Assembly (NCBI RefSeq): GCF_006345805.1 | Contig: NC_043005.1 | Coordinates: 17,732,001 to 17,796,000 of the forward strand | DNA length: 64,000 nucleotides | Direction: 5' to 3' | Source: Octopus sinensis | Taxonomy: Eukaryota | Part shown: piece after piece, positions 36,756 through 48,789 of the stretch | How the letters are laid out: each line of letters opens with the position of its first letter | How positions within the stretch are numbered: the first letter of the stretch is position 1 | Notes under the pieces: generated by a model | Seen by the model: the letters and a program-made list of their open reading frames with translations, nothing else | Told to the model about the DNA's origin: nothing | The model's database searches: none | Made by a program: the position numbers and the translations under genes

Positions 36756-39495
36756 AGGGTATGTAAGGATAAATTATCCAGTGTGTCCTTTCTTGTTTTT
36801 TTTCAAGTGATAGATGTGATATAAGGGAATATCTGGCTGCTATTTCTAGCAGATCTAGTGAACTTTGTACAGATGCTCTTGTTGGCTTTTGTGCCTTTCA
36901 CTATCTCTGGATTTACAACAGAGGTGAGTAAGGTGGATGGTGAAAATAAGGGTAAAGGGTAGTGTTAGTGATGATGCTGGAATGATGATGATGATGATGT
37001 TGATGAGATTGTGATGATGGGGATATGACAATAATGATGACTGTGATAATGATTCTCCTCTTCCACCACCACCACCACCACCATCTCGTTCCCTTTCCTT
37101 CTCCTCTCTCTCTTTTATTATTAAAAAAAATAATCATCACCATCATAATTATCATCGTCATCATCATCATCTTCATCATCATCATTATTATTATTATTGA
37201 AGGCAGTGAGCAGGTAGAATCAGTAACACTCCAGGCAGAATGCTTAGTGGTGTTCCATCCATCTTTACATCCTGGGTTCAAATTCTGCCAGGGACAACTT
37301 TGCTTTTCATCCTTTCATCATCATCATCATCATCATCGTTTAACGTCCGTTCTCCATGCTAGCATGGGTTGGACGGTTCGACCGGGGATCTGGGAAGCCA
37401 GAAGGCTGCACCAGGCTCCAGTCTTATCTGGCAATGTTTCTACAGCTGGATGCCCTTCCTAACGCCAACCACTCCGTGAGTGTAGTGGGTGCTCTTTACG
37501 TGCCACCTGCACTGGTGGCAGGCGAAGCTGGCATCGGCCACGGTCGGATTGGTGCATTTTACGTGCCACCTGCATGGAAGCCAGTTGAGGCGGCACTGGC
37601 TTTGGCCACGATTTGGATGGTGCTTTTTACGTGCCACCGACACGGAAGCCAGTCGAGGCGGTGCTGGCATCGGCCACGATTCGGATAGTGCTTTCGAGGT
37701 CAATAAATTAAGTACCTGTGAAACACTGTGGAGTTGATTTAATTGACTAGTCCCCAGCCCCCACCAAAATTTTAGGCCTTGTGCCTATGGCAGAAACAAT
37801 TATTGTTACATCCACCTTAGCGAAGGTGGAGGTATTGTTTTCAGTCATATTTGTTTGTATGTTTGCGTGTCTGTGGACAAGATATCTCAAGAACAGCTGG
37901 ATGAATTCGAATGAAACTTTCAGGAATGTTTGGCCTCGTGACTGGCACAAACTGATTAGATTTTGGGATTGATCTTGTACTGGACAATGATTCTGGATTA
38001 TTTTTCCTATTTTTTTACTTAATTTTTGAGAGTGGTCAGGTTCATTTTTAGCATTCCTTTTTGTGAGAACAGTCGAGTTTATTTCAGATCTACTCATTTT
38101 AAAAATCATCTCCAGCTAATTGTTGAGAGGACATTGGTGCTGCCTTGGCAGAGGTTTAGAGGTTTGCATTCTCTGAATGCTTTTGTTATTATGATTATTA
38201 TAATTTGGCAGAATTGTTGGAATGTCAGAAAAATGTTTAGCACTCTTTCTTTTGGCTCTTTATGTTTGGAGTTAAATTCTGCCGCGGTTGACTTTGCCTT
38301 TTATCTTTTTGAGGTTAAAAAAATAAATACTAAGTGAGTACTAAGATTAATGCATTCAACTAAATCTCTCCTAAAATTGCTGATCTTGTTGTCCTTGAGC
38401 CATATAAAGGCAGTGAGCTGGCAGAATCGTTAGCACGCTGGGCGAAATGCTTAGCGGTATTTCATCCGTCCTTATGTTCCGAGTTCAAATTCCACTGAGG
38501 TCAACTTTGCCTTTCATCCCTTTGGGGTCGATAAATTAAGTACCAGTGGAGAATTGGGGTCGATGTAATTGACTAGTCCCCTCCCCACAAATTTCAGGCC
38601 TTGTGCCTTTAGTAGAAAGAATTATTATTATTATTGTTATTGTTGAGTGAGAGAGCAGTGCACGTCATCAAAGTGATACTGGAGTAACATATACAAAGCC
38701 CAGTATACCCAGCATGACTACTCATCTGCTGACGGTACACCAGGCACATGCATCACAACCATATGTGCACAACATGGTGATCTGTCAAGATAAACAGCAC
38801 ATGCCCTTGCAGGTGGGGCCCAGTTAGAATTTTCTTCAAGTTGAGTAGCCCATCCCACTCAAAAGACCCTGAATAAGGGTTGTTTAAGGATGTTGAACAA
38901 AACACCCATGTTTCCAAAGAGGAATTATCTAAACCCCAAAGAATTCCTTTCAACATATGGCTATGATTCTTCCCCACTACTTCAGTTCGTGATCCGAAAT
39001 GCACTAAGGGGCATGCTTAACTGGTTAAGGTCAAATAACTGACAAGCAAATCTGTGGTATTGAGCAGAATATTTGCTGTTGCCCATCTTTTATACCAAGA
39101 CAAATTATTATTATTATTATTATTATTTTATGTTTGACTTTTGCTTTGCATTTGTACAAGTTGGCTCCAAATCTCACTCAAAGACCTCAAGAGACAACAA
39201 GTTAGAAGTTCATGTTGATGTTATGCCTAGGGTACCATATCATTTGGTTCTGTACATAGTGTTGTTCTAGAGAATGTTTAAGAAACCATAAGAAAATTAT
39301 GTGTTTGTTTTAAAATTTGAGATTACATAGACAGTATTTTACATATGATGTGGGCAGTTCCCATGGGCACTATCTTTTGAATTTCAATCATTTTGGGGTT
39401 TCCTGGTACCTGAGCTAGGTAGCAATCAGCCCCTTTGGCTATCATTCCTAGGGCACCTATGACAACAGGTATTGTTTTAGTCTTCAGGTTCTACA

Positions 39496-39532
<37 letters not shown>

Positions 39533-39746
39533 AAAGCAGTGAGCTGGCAGAATTGTTAGCATGCTGGCTGAAATGCTCAGCGGCATTTTGTCTGTCCTTA
39601 CATTCCGAGTTCAAATTCCGTCGAGGTCGACTTTGCCTTTCATTCTCTTGGGGTTGATAAATTAAGTACCTGTGGAGTTCTGGGGTTGATGTAATTGACT
39701 AGTCCCCGCACTACAAATTTCAGACCTTATGCCTTCAGTAGAAAGG

Positions 39747-39794
<48 letters not shown>

Positions 39795-39807
39795 GTGATG
39801 AATGTGA

Positions 39808-40133
39808 AGGCACATAGCTCAGGGGTTAGAATGTCGAGCTTACGATCATGAGGCTGTGAGTTCGATTTCCGGACTGGACTGTGTGTTGTATTCTTGAGCT
39901 AGACACTTTATTTCACGTTGCTCCAGTTCACTCAGCTGTAGAAACGAGTTGTGACATCACTGGTGCCAAGCTGTATTGACCTTTGCCTTTCCCTTGGATA
40001 AGTGGTGTGGAAAGGTGAGGCTGGTATGCATGGGCGATCCTGGCTTTCCACAAACAACCTTGCCCGGACTTGTGCCTTGGAGGGTAACTTTCTAGGTGCA
40101 ATCCCATGGTCATTCATGACCGAAGGGGATCTC
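39808..40133 (+). mobile_element. tRNA-derived SINE family E
   Basis: GCACATAGCTCAGGGGTTAG...GAGTTCGATTTCC...CCCATGGTCATTCATGACC; second copy at 43968-44302(-). Confidence 0.85.
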
Positions 40134-40329
40134 CTCATATTGTGATGATGATGGTAGTGATGTTGTGCTGATAGTGATAATTGTGATAATGATGATGATG
40201 TTGATGTTATTTCTGCTACTGGTGGTGATTTGTGATGACATTAATAATGGGGATGGTGATGATAAGTAACTATAGTTACATAAAGAAAAAAAAACATCAC
40301 TTTCAGTTTCACTTTTGTTCAATTTTAAG

Positions 40330-40458
40330 TTGGCGAGCTTGGGGAGAAGCAAGAGGAGAGCTTAAAGAGCAAGGTGAAGGAAGATAAGGCAAAATCCCGT
40401 TTTCAGAAGAGTAGTAGCATGATTAATTCTGTTTTTGATGTCAATGGAGTGACCAAAG
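40330..40458 (+). CDS. EFHB: EFHB exon 9 (FGELGEKQEESLK...FQKSSSMINSVFDVNGVTK)
   Basis: TTTTAAG|TT ... AAAG|GTAAGT; phase 1-1. KSSSMINS matches EFHB KTTSSEINA. Confidence 0.85.
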
Positions 40459-40668
40459 GTAAGTTTACAACTCTGTCATATTTAATATTCAGCATCACAT
40501 TCAATCAACCATTAAACATTACATTGTCAGTTTTTTTCTCCTGCACTGTGTATTGCCAATCAGCATAGGCCTTTCTCTTTTCTGTGTGATGTAATATCTT
40601 AAGATAAGTCTTCATCACTATGTTAGTGGAGTAATTTGATAATTATACTGCACTATTCAAGTGTGACT

Positions 40669-41040
40669 GATGCTAGTGCCGCCTGACTGGCTTCCTTGAC
40701 GGTGGTATGTAAAAAGCACCGTTTGAGCATGGTCAATGCCAGTGCCGGCTGACTGGCTCCTGTGCCGGTGGCATGTAAAAAGCACCATTTGAGCATGGTC
40801 AATCCCAGTGCCGCCTGACTGGCTCCTGTGCCGGTGGCATGTAAAAAGCACCATTTGAGCATGGTTAATGCCAGTGCCGCCTGACTGGCTCCTGTGCCGG
40901 TGGCATGTAAAAAGCACCATTTGAGCATGGTTAATGCCAGTGCCGCCTGACTGGCTCCTGTGCCGGTGGCATGTAAAAAGCACCATTTGAGCATGGTCAA
41001 TGCCAGTGACCCCTGACTGGCCCCATGCTAGTGGCACATA
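40669..41040 (+). repeat. 66-bp tandem repeat (~5.6 units) inside a SINE-C copy
   Basis: AATGCCAGTGCCG... starts at 40735, 40801, 40867, 40933 and 40999. Confidence 0.95.
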
Positions 41041-41195
41041 AAAAGCACGCACTACATTCTTGGAGTGGTTGGTGTTAGGAAGGTCATCCAGCTGTAGAAA
41101 CTCTGCCAAATCAGATTGGAGCCTGGTGCAGCCATCTGGTTTATCACTCCTCAGTCAAATCATCCAACCCATGCTAGCATGGGAAAGGGTGTTAA

Positions 41196-41268
<73 letters not shown>

Positions 41269-41372
41269 GCTTTTCAGCACCAGAAACATTATGAGAGTAG
41301 AGAATTACATTTTGTCTATCTTAAAATTCTTCTGCAGTGCATCAGTTATTCTCTTTCTGCTTTACTTTGTAG

Positions 41373-41551
41373 ATTGGCGTTGTTATGGAGTTCCAAACTT
41401 TCGCACTGATTTAATTCCTCCAAAGATCCAAAACTTTTCCGACCCAATAAACTATGCTAACCAGAGCGATGCATTCAATCTTATAAGACCGTCTATTTAT
41501 TCTGAATATGGCATGGATCTGGAAATGATGAAACCTAGGACATTAGATGAA
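41373..41551 (+). CDS. EFHB: EFHB exon 10 (DWRCYGVPNFRTDLIPPK...KPRTLDE)
   Basis: TTTGTAG|AT ... GAA|GTAAGT; phase 1-0. GVP..R.D..P / NY / P.IY / R..E pattern is the EFHB C-terminal signature. Confidence 0.95.
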
Positions 41552-41759
41552 GTAAGTCTGAAATGAGACAAATAACTTCCCTTGCTCCCTCTCAAATTCC
41601 ACTTACGTTGAGTCTGCCCTTCATCTTGCTCAATTTGAATGAATAATTAGCAATCAAATACTTGGGTTCCTATAATCCACTAAACCTCTAACTGGGTAAC
41701 AGTGGTGTTTCAGCCTTGCTACAGTTAACAGTCAAAAACCAGCAAAAGCATAACATACT

Positions 41760-42355
41760 TGCACATGCACACACACACACACACATACACATGCACACAC
41801 ACACACACACACACATGCACACACACACACACACATGCACACACATACACATGTATACATGCACACACACACACACACATACACATGCACACCACACACA
41901 CACACACACATGCACACACACACACACACACACATGCACACATACACATGTATACATGCACACACACACACACACATGCACACACACACATACACATGCA
42001 CACATACACATGTATACATGCACACACATGCACTTGCATGTATGCAAACACATGCACACATACACAGACACTGGCATACACATGCACACACATACACACA
42101 TGTATGCACATGCACACACATATATACAAGCATGCATATGCACATGCACATAGGCATGTACACATATCCACACACATACACATATACATGTGCACACATG
42201 CACACAAGCATGCACACACAAGCATGCACACACAAGCATGCACACACACACATGTATGCACACATATGCACACATGTATGCATGTATATACACACACATG
42301 TATGCATACATACACACATGCATGCACACACATGCATGCACACTCATACACATGT
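41760..42355. repeat. (CA)n/CATG alternating purine-pyrimidine array
   Basis: Seen directly. Confidence 0.95.
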
Positions 42356-43340
42356 ATATAGTGTCTCCTCTTCCTATTATTCCTCTCATTTATATTTACT
42401 CTTATTCACTGGAACAGAGGATAGAGCACTTGGTGAAGGTAAAATGTAAGGAGGAGAAGTCGAGGCAGGAGTGGCAGTCTGTGGGTTTATAGAAGACAAG
42501 AGTGGACAGGATGAGAGTTGAGTAGTTGATGGAGATGGTGATATCAAGGAAAGGAAGGGAGGTACTGAAAAGGTGTAAAGGTCTGACGAAAGAAAAGCAA
42601 ATATTTAGCTCCTTGTCGGATAGAGAGGTGGTGCTGAAATATTTATTGCTTTAACAGCTGGATAACTCTGGAGTGGAACTGTAAACTGGGAGAAGATTTT
42701 GGATTCAATGTTGCCAACACATAACCTGGCTTAGTTGGGAGCCATTCTTGTTCCCATGGCCATTCCAGTTATTTGCTCAGGAGAAACAATTAAGGGCGAG
42801 TACGAATTCAGCAAGATGAAGCAGAGTAGAGGCACTAGGATAGATCATTCACCACACTACCCTTGTTCAGCATTCATTACATTCATCCTCTCCCACCACT
42901 ACTTCCATCTCTTACTCTCCAAAATAATTATAACTTTACATATTTACCTAGGTAGAATACATGTTTACATCTTCATTCATTCATTGGGCTTCAGCTATGC
43001 AGGGGCATTGCCTTGAAGGGTTTCGTTGAACGAATCAACCAGTACCTATTTTCTTTAAAGTCTATTACTTATTCTATTGTTTTTTTTTTTGCCAAACTAT
43101 TGAGTTGTAGGGAAGTAAACAAACCAACTCTGGTTGTCAAGTGGCAAAGGGGACACAACTACTCATGCAAACATATATACATATTAGAAAATTACTATTG
43201 ATCTCCTGGGGCTAAATTACAGCAACATTAGTCCTAAACCAGGACTGCTATGTTATGTTGGCAAACAGTCTTTACTACAAAGTACTGTTGCTGAATATCT
43301 CACGTTGTGAGATTTATAAATAGTGATATATATATATATA

Positions 43341-43575
43341 CACCAAAAATTAGGGAATGGAATAGATAAGATCGGGGTTACATATGTTTCGTAGATAGCG
43401 AAACCCTTGGAAGTAGTAAATTATCCCAAAGAGGGGTAAACTGCAAGCTACTCTTCAGGTCAAAGATATCTTATATGAAGTTTACATTGCTGTTAGGAGA
43501 TCCTGTGTTAACTCACTATAGGTTGCTTGAAGCTCACTAAATTCCTACACCTTGACCCTTGGATCTTACCTTTAC
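43341..43575 (-). mobile_element. Short PLE-like fragment between (TA)n and (CA)(TA)n
   Basis: Unique sequence flanked by microsatellites and carrying an HHR motif. Confidence 0.5.
43366..43474 (-). ncRNA. Hammerhead motif with intact core but disrupted proximal helix I
   Basis: CUGAAGA-GUAG...CUAC-GAAA-CAUAUG-U-A; palindromic ACAUAUGU; distal helix I AUAAGAU/AUCUUAU. Confidence 0.55.
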
Positions 43576-44341
43576 ACACACACACACACACACAGATACA
43601 TATATATATATATATATATTATATATACACAATGGGCTTCTGCACAGTTTCCATCTATTAGACTCCCTCACAAGATATTGATTGGCCCAAGGCTATAGTA
43701 GAAGATACATGTCCAAGGTGCTGCACAGTGGGACTGAACCTAAAACTGTGTGGTTACCAAGCTAGCTTCTTAGCCACACAGCCACGCCTACACCCATATG
43801 GTATAATAACCATTATTATACATTTTTATTGTCTACCTAAACCATATCCTAAATTACCATCTATCATATTGCCCCTTGTGGGTAATAAAGAAACATATTA
43901 CCATCTATTTAGACCATATTCTACACATGTTTATTGTCTATTTAAATCATATACTCCTTAAGGGTAAAGATCCCCTTTGGTCATGAATGACCATGGGAAT
44001 GCACCAGGAAAGTTCCCCTCTGAGGCACAAGTCCCAGCAAGGTTGTTTATGGAAGGATAGCAGTCGCCCATACATACCAACCTCTCCTCTCCTCACCACC
44101 TGATGTTATCCAAGGGAAAGGCTAAGATTGCTACAGCTTGGCACCAATGATGTCACAGCTCATTTCTACAGCTGAGGGAACTGCAGTAACATGAAATAAA
44201 GTGTCTTGCTCAAGAACACAATGTGCAGCCCGGTCTGGGAATCAAACTCACAACCTCGCAATTGTAAGCCCCATGCTTTAACCACTGAGCCACGTCCCTT
44301 CACTAAATCATATACTACATACATATTTACTAATTGTTTAA

Positions 44342-44562
44342 TCCTTTCATTACAGTATGTATTTTGAGATGCTCTGTGTTTCTTTCAATTAATTTAAAAT
44401 ATAACAAAGAATTTAGTGAAATAACTTAGTTATCATTCATCTAGTGTTAGGAACATAAATTTTGAGTAAGGTTTGGTGGAAGATTTTAATTCAAAATTTA
44501 TGTAAACAAACTTTTGTACTACAGAGCCAGAGCTGATTTCAGCTGGGTTGGTAACGAAAGGG
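44342..44562. mobile_element. piggyBac-type MITE (TTAA TSD, CCC...GGG ends)
   Basis: TTAA|TCCTTTCATTAC ... GGTAACGAAAGGG|TTAA. Confidence 0.75.
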
Positions 44563-44644
44563 TTAAATAACATTCTAAATACATATTATCTGTTGAAATC
44601 ACAATCTATATTTCCTTTCTCTCTCCTTGAATTTCCTTTCTCAG

Positions 44645-44806
44645 CTAAAAGATATTTATGGCAGAAGTGGGTTACCAACAGACGAAGAAACATTCCTCAA
44701 AATGCATTGTATCGTCACCAATGGCAACCCCGAGGAGAAAGTCAGCTTAGACAGCATACAGAAACTATTTCAAAGATCAGGTGCACCTGCCAGGTTGATT
44801 CAATAA
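44645..44806 (+). CDS. EFHB: EFHB terminal coding exon 11 (LKDIYGRSGLPTDEETF...ARLIQ*)
   Basis: TTTCTCAG|CTA, phase 0, 53 codons plus TAA. Aligns to the EFHB C-terminal helix pair. Full spliced CDS is 1824 nt (607 aa) if all 11 exons are used. Confidence 0.85.
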   Translation, partial: LKDIYGRSGLPTDEETFLKMHCIVTNGNPEEKVSLDSIQKLFQRSGAPARLIQ

Positions 44807-44807
44807 A
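44802..44807 (+). terminator. Candidate polyadenylation signal AATAAA overlapping the EFHB stop codon
   Basis: CAA TAA A gives AATAAA; a second AATAAA lies near 44957. Confidence 0.35.
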
Positions 44808-45120
44808 TGCAGTTATGACATCAGTTTGCATTAGAAGGCATGAAAAATATTTTGGTGATGTATATGTATGTGTGCATATGCATGTGTGTGTGTTTATGTG
44901 TGCACACACATAACTATGTGTGTATGTGTGTCTGTGTGTGCAGTAGAGTATATAAGTAATAAAATGTATTCTCATGTACTGTAATATACTCCTGTATACA
45001 TATATGTGTGCATGTGTGTCTGTGAGTGAGTGTGTGTGTGCGTGTGTGTGTGTGTGTGTGTGTAAAAACAAAGAATTGTTTAAAATCTGCCTGTCTATCT
45101 GTCTCTATGCATGTATGGAT

Positions 45121-45330
45121 TCTTTTACTTGTTTCAGTCATTTTGACTGCGGCCATGCTGGTGCACTGCCTTTAGCTGAACAAATTGACCCCTGAACTTA
45201 TTCTTTGTAAGCTTAGTACTTATTCTATCAGATTTTTATACTGAACTGCTAAGTTACGGGATGTAAACACACCAACATCGGTTGTCAAGCAATGTTGGAA
45301 GTGGTGGGGACAAAACACAGCCACATATAC
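45121..45330 (-). mobile_element. SINE family A, 3' half; remainder at 48788-48872
   Basis: Split at its internal (TA)n by the 3-kb PLE palindrome. Confidence 0.8.
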
Positions 45331-45334
45331 ATAA

Positions 45335-45368
<34 letters not shown>

Positions 45369-45505
45369 CATTATATATATATATATATATACATTATATA
45401 TATATATACATTATATATATATATACATTTTATATATATATATATATATACATTAATATATATACATTATATATATATATATACACACATTATATATATA
45501 TATAT

Positions 45506-45558
<53 letters not shown>

Positions 45559-45803
45559 TATATATATATATATACATTATATATATATATTATATTATGT
45601 GAAATAGAAAGATGAATAATCTTGTAGTAGATTAATCAAAAGTTTAACCGATACCTTAGTAGCAAAAATCACAGCAGTAAACAGCACGGTTGGAGGTACA
45701 ACCATATGGTGTTGCAAAACGTGCGTTGGTGCGGATAATTGAAATTAAAACATTATGGTGAATTGAAGAAATGGAGCTGAACGCAGATTGAACAGAAATC
45801 GTT

Positions 45804-45896
45804 TATTTCATTCTTAACGTGTTTCGAAAGGCACAAATTACCAAAATCCGATTGAATAATGGGACCATATGTGTCTTTCTCTTCAGGAAGAAAATA
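45804..45896 (-). ncRNA. Hammerhead motif of the left arm, cleavage-site variant
   Basis: Same as the right arm but GAAACACGUUAAGAA instead of GAAACACGUGUAGAA. Confidence 0.55.
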
Positions 45897-46468
45897 GGAA
45901 ATCCGTTGGAAAAACAAAAACAGAACAGAGGCGGAGCAAAAACAAATCGAACTATGCTCCTAAGAGCCCATGGCGAAACTGTTTATCAGTGTATGTTGAG
46001 AACCGGTGGCTGAAGAATTAACGGGTCAGGCATCGGTCAATCATGTGGGTGAGGGTGTGTGGGTGTTCTTTGTGACCGAGAATAAAGTTCTGACTATTTA
46101 AGGAATAGTGGATGTTTTATAAGGGGCGAGAAAAAATCTACTTAGAGACGTGTGGTGTGTATACTGTTCTATATATGTGTGTGTTGCCGTAGGGGTAGAA
46201 AACATTTTTGTGTACGTGTGTGCGTTTGATCGTTCGGCTGTCAGTGGCTACTGCCGCGAGATCGTTGGTGGCAGAAAAAAAAAAATATATATATATTATG
46301 TTTATGTGTGTGTGTGTGTTCATCTAAGCCTGCCTTGTCAAGGAAGCCCCCCGCTGTGAAAAAACCAAGCCCCGTTTGTCTTACAGGAGTAATTCCCCTT
46401 GCAGTGGTTAATCGTAGATATCTTAAAGGCTATTTCAGAATTTGTTACCAAGGGCTATGGGTGCCGGT

Positions 46469-47254
46469 ATTATTTATAAACGCTATAAAAGCCCGTTTAC
46501 CATCCGGCCTCTGGCAAACAAAATATGGAAGAGTTCGGAGACACAAAGGTTGCACTGCCTTCTGCCCCTATCAAATGGGAGGGCACCGACAAAATTGACC
46601 ATTCCAGCCGTAGCTTAAGTTCGTATCCTTCAGTCGCCATATTAGCTTACTGAGTCCCGTGGTCTGGCGCTTGTTCATGTCCCGAAAAGTTGCGTAATGG
46701 TTGGAGACACGCAAAGACAATCTGAGGATGAGGCCCCTACATAAGTGAAGACATCTGAGTCCGTGTAAACCTTGCATTGGTAGACGGCGTTTTTGATCTT
46801 GGAGTTCGCCGACGTGAATCTTATTCTGTAGGATAGTTCTGAAATTAGAACTGCGTTCCTGTCACTATATTCGTTCCGAGACCTGCAGCCGCTTACTACT
46901 CTATTTTCCACTACGTCACTATTAACTATAGGAATAACCCCTGATTCTCCACTATCTATCAGAGTGCTGTCATTGCTACTGCCCGTGGTGTGCTATTGCG
47001 GGAAATGATGCTGGGGATGCTATTGGGGCTCTCTACCCTACTCCCATTGTTACCGTCAACCACAACACCCCTATTTATAACTATACCCTAGTGGGTACTC
47101 CCTGGCTGGAGCTGAGATTATGTGTCACTGTACTGGCTCTCATATCATTATTACTACTATAATTATTCCTACTGAGCATTAAACCGGGAGCGGAAGAGGC
47201 TGTGCCTCCGGAAAAAGGTGATAGGGTCTTAGTAAGTAGCCTATTATTATGGGA
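46469..47254 (-). pseudogene. PLE linker plus GIY-YIG endonuclease, left arm (frameshifted as assembled)
   Basis: Pieces HNNRLL..., KNAVYQCKV...TYVG, RVSNH, TGLSKLIWRLKD, CNLCVSE. Confidence 0.8.
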
Positions 47255-47971
47255 GGTTTAATGCTCAGTAGGAATAATTATAGTAGTAATAATGATATGA
47301 GAGCCAGTACAGTGACACATAATCTCAGCTCCAGCCAGGGAGTACCCACTAGGGGTATAGTTTTAAATAGGGGGTGTTGTGGTTGACGGTAACAATGGGA
47401 GTAGTGTAGGGTAGAGAGCCCCAATAGCATCCCCAGCATCATTTCCCGCAATAGCAGCACCACGGGCAGTGCAATGACAGCACTCTGATAGATAGTGGAG
47501 AATCAGGGGTTATTCCTATAGTTAATAGTGACGTCGTAGGGGAAATAGAGTAGTAAGCGGCTGCAGGTCTCGGAACGAATATAGTGACAGGAACGCAGTT
47601 CTAATTTCAGAAACTAATCCTAGCAGAATAAGATTCACGTCGGCGAACTCCAAGATCAAAAACGCCGTCTACCAATGCAAGGTTTACACGGACTCAGATG
47701 TCTTCACTTATGTAGGGGCCTCATCCTCAAGATTGTCTTGCGTGTCTCCAACCATTACGCAACTTTTCGGGACATGAACAAGCGCCAGACCACGGGACTC
47801 AGTAAGCTAATATGGCGACTGAAGGATACGAACTTAAGCTACAGGCTGGAATGGTCAATTTTGTCGGTGGCCCTCCCATTTGATAGGGGCAGAAGGCAGT
47901 GCAACCTTTGTGTCTCCGAACTCTTCCATATTTTGTTTGCCAGAGGCCGGATGGTAAACGGGCTTTTATAG
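47255..47971 (+). pseudogene. PLE linker plus GIY-YIG endonuclease, right arm (frameshifted as assembled)
   Basis: 47661-47971: NAVYQCKVYTDSDVFTYVGASS / LRVSNH...TTGLSKLIWRLKDTNLSYRLEWSILSVALPFDRGRRQCNLCVSELFHILFARGRMVNGLL*. Confidence 0.85.
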
Positions 47972-48564
47972 CGTTTATAAATAATACCGGCACCCATAGC
48001 CCTTGGTAACAAATTCTGAAATAGCCTTTAAGATATCTACGATTAACCACTGCAAGGGGAATTACTCCTGTAAGACAAACGGGGCTTGGTTTTTTCACAG
48101 CGGGGGCTTCCTTGACAAGGCAGGCTTAGATGAACACACACACACACATAAAACATAATATATAATATTTTTTTTTTTTCTGCCACCCAACGGTTCTCGC
48201 GGCAGTAGCCACTGACAGCCGAACGATCAAACGCACACACGTACACAAAAAATGTTTTCTACCCCTACGGCAAACACACACACATATATAGAACAGTATA
48301 CACACAACACAGTCTCTAAGTAGATTTTTTCTCGCCCCTTATAAAACATCCAATATTCCTTAATAGTCAGAACTTTATTCTCGGTCACAAAGAACACCCA
48401 CACACCCTCACCCACATGATTGACCGATGCCTGACCCGTTAAATTCTTCAGCCACCGGTTCTCAACATACACTGATAAACAGTTTCGCCATGGGCTCTTA
48501 GGAGCATAGTTCGATTTGTTTTTGCTCCGCCTCTGTTCTGTTTTTGTTTTTCCAACGGATTTCC

Positions 48565-48657
48565 TATTTTCTTCCTGAAGAGAAAGACACAATATGGTCC
48601 CATATTCAATCGGATTTTGGTAATTTGTGCCTTTCGAAACACGTGTAGAATGAAATA
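48565..48657 (+). ncRNA. Type I hammerhead ribozyme of the right arm
   Basis: Helix I 9 of 10 pairs; CUGAAGA 48575-81; helix II GAAAG(A)CACA/UGUG(C)CUUUC; GAAA 48636-39; palindromic ACACGUGU; GUA cleavage triplet. Confidence 0.8.
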
Positions 48658-48738
48658 AAACGATTTCTGTTCAATCTGCGTTCAGCTCCATTTCTTCAAT
48701 TCACCAATAATGTCATATATATATTATATATATATATA

Positions 48739-48789
<51 letters not shown>

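Larger units (their letters stand above)
45596..48713. mobile_element. Penelope-like (GIY-YIG) retroelement: two 5'-truncated copies head-to-head, forming a ~3-kb palindrome in (TA)n
   Basis: 45750-47185 is the reverse complement of 47255-48713 with scattered 1-nt indels; 69-bp spacer; GIY-YIG domain and terminal HHR in each arm. Confidence 0.9.

Noticed and set aside
40669-41040. CRISPR-like regular repeat
   Set aside because: Contiguous 66-bp units with no unique spacers; part of a SINE in a eukaryotic genome.
41688-42449. Cys/Val/His-rich ORFs (also 28318-28912)
   Set aside because: (CA)n/(TATG)n microsatellite artefacts.
47255-47971. Endonuclease-only element, or a selenoprotein-encoding PLE
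   Set aside because: HNNRLL in the spacer indicates truncation at the RT-EN linker rather than a native EN-only design. The Cys residues of CNLC are TGC/TGT, with no in-frame TGA at Cys positions in the consensus.
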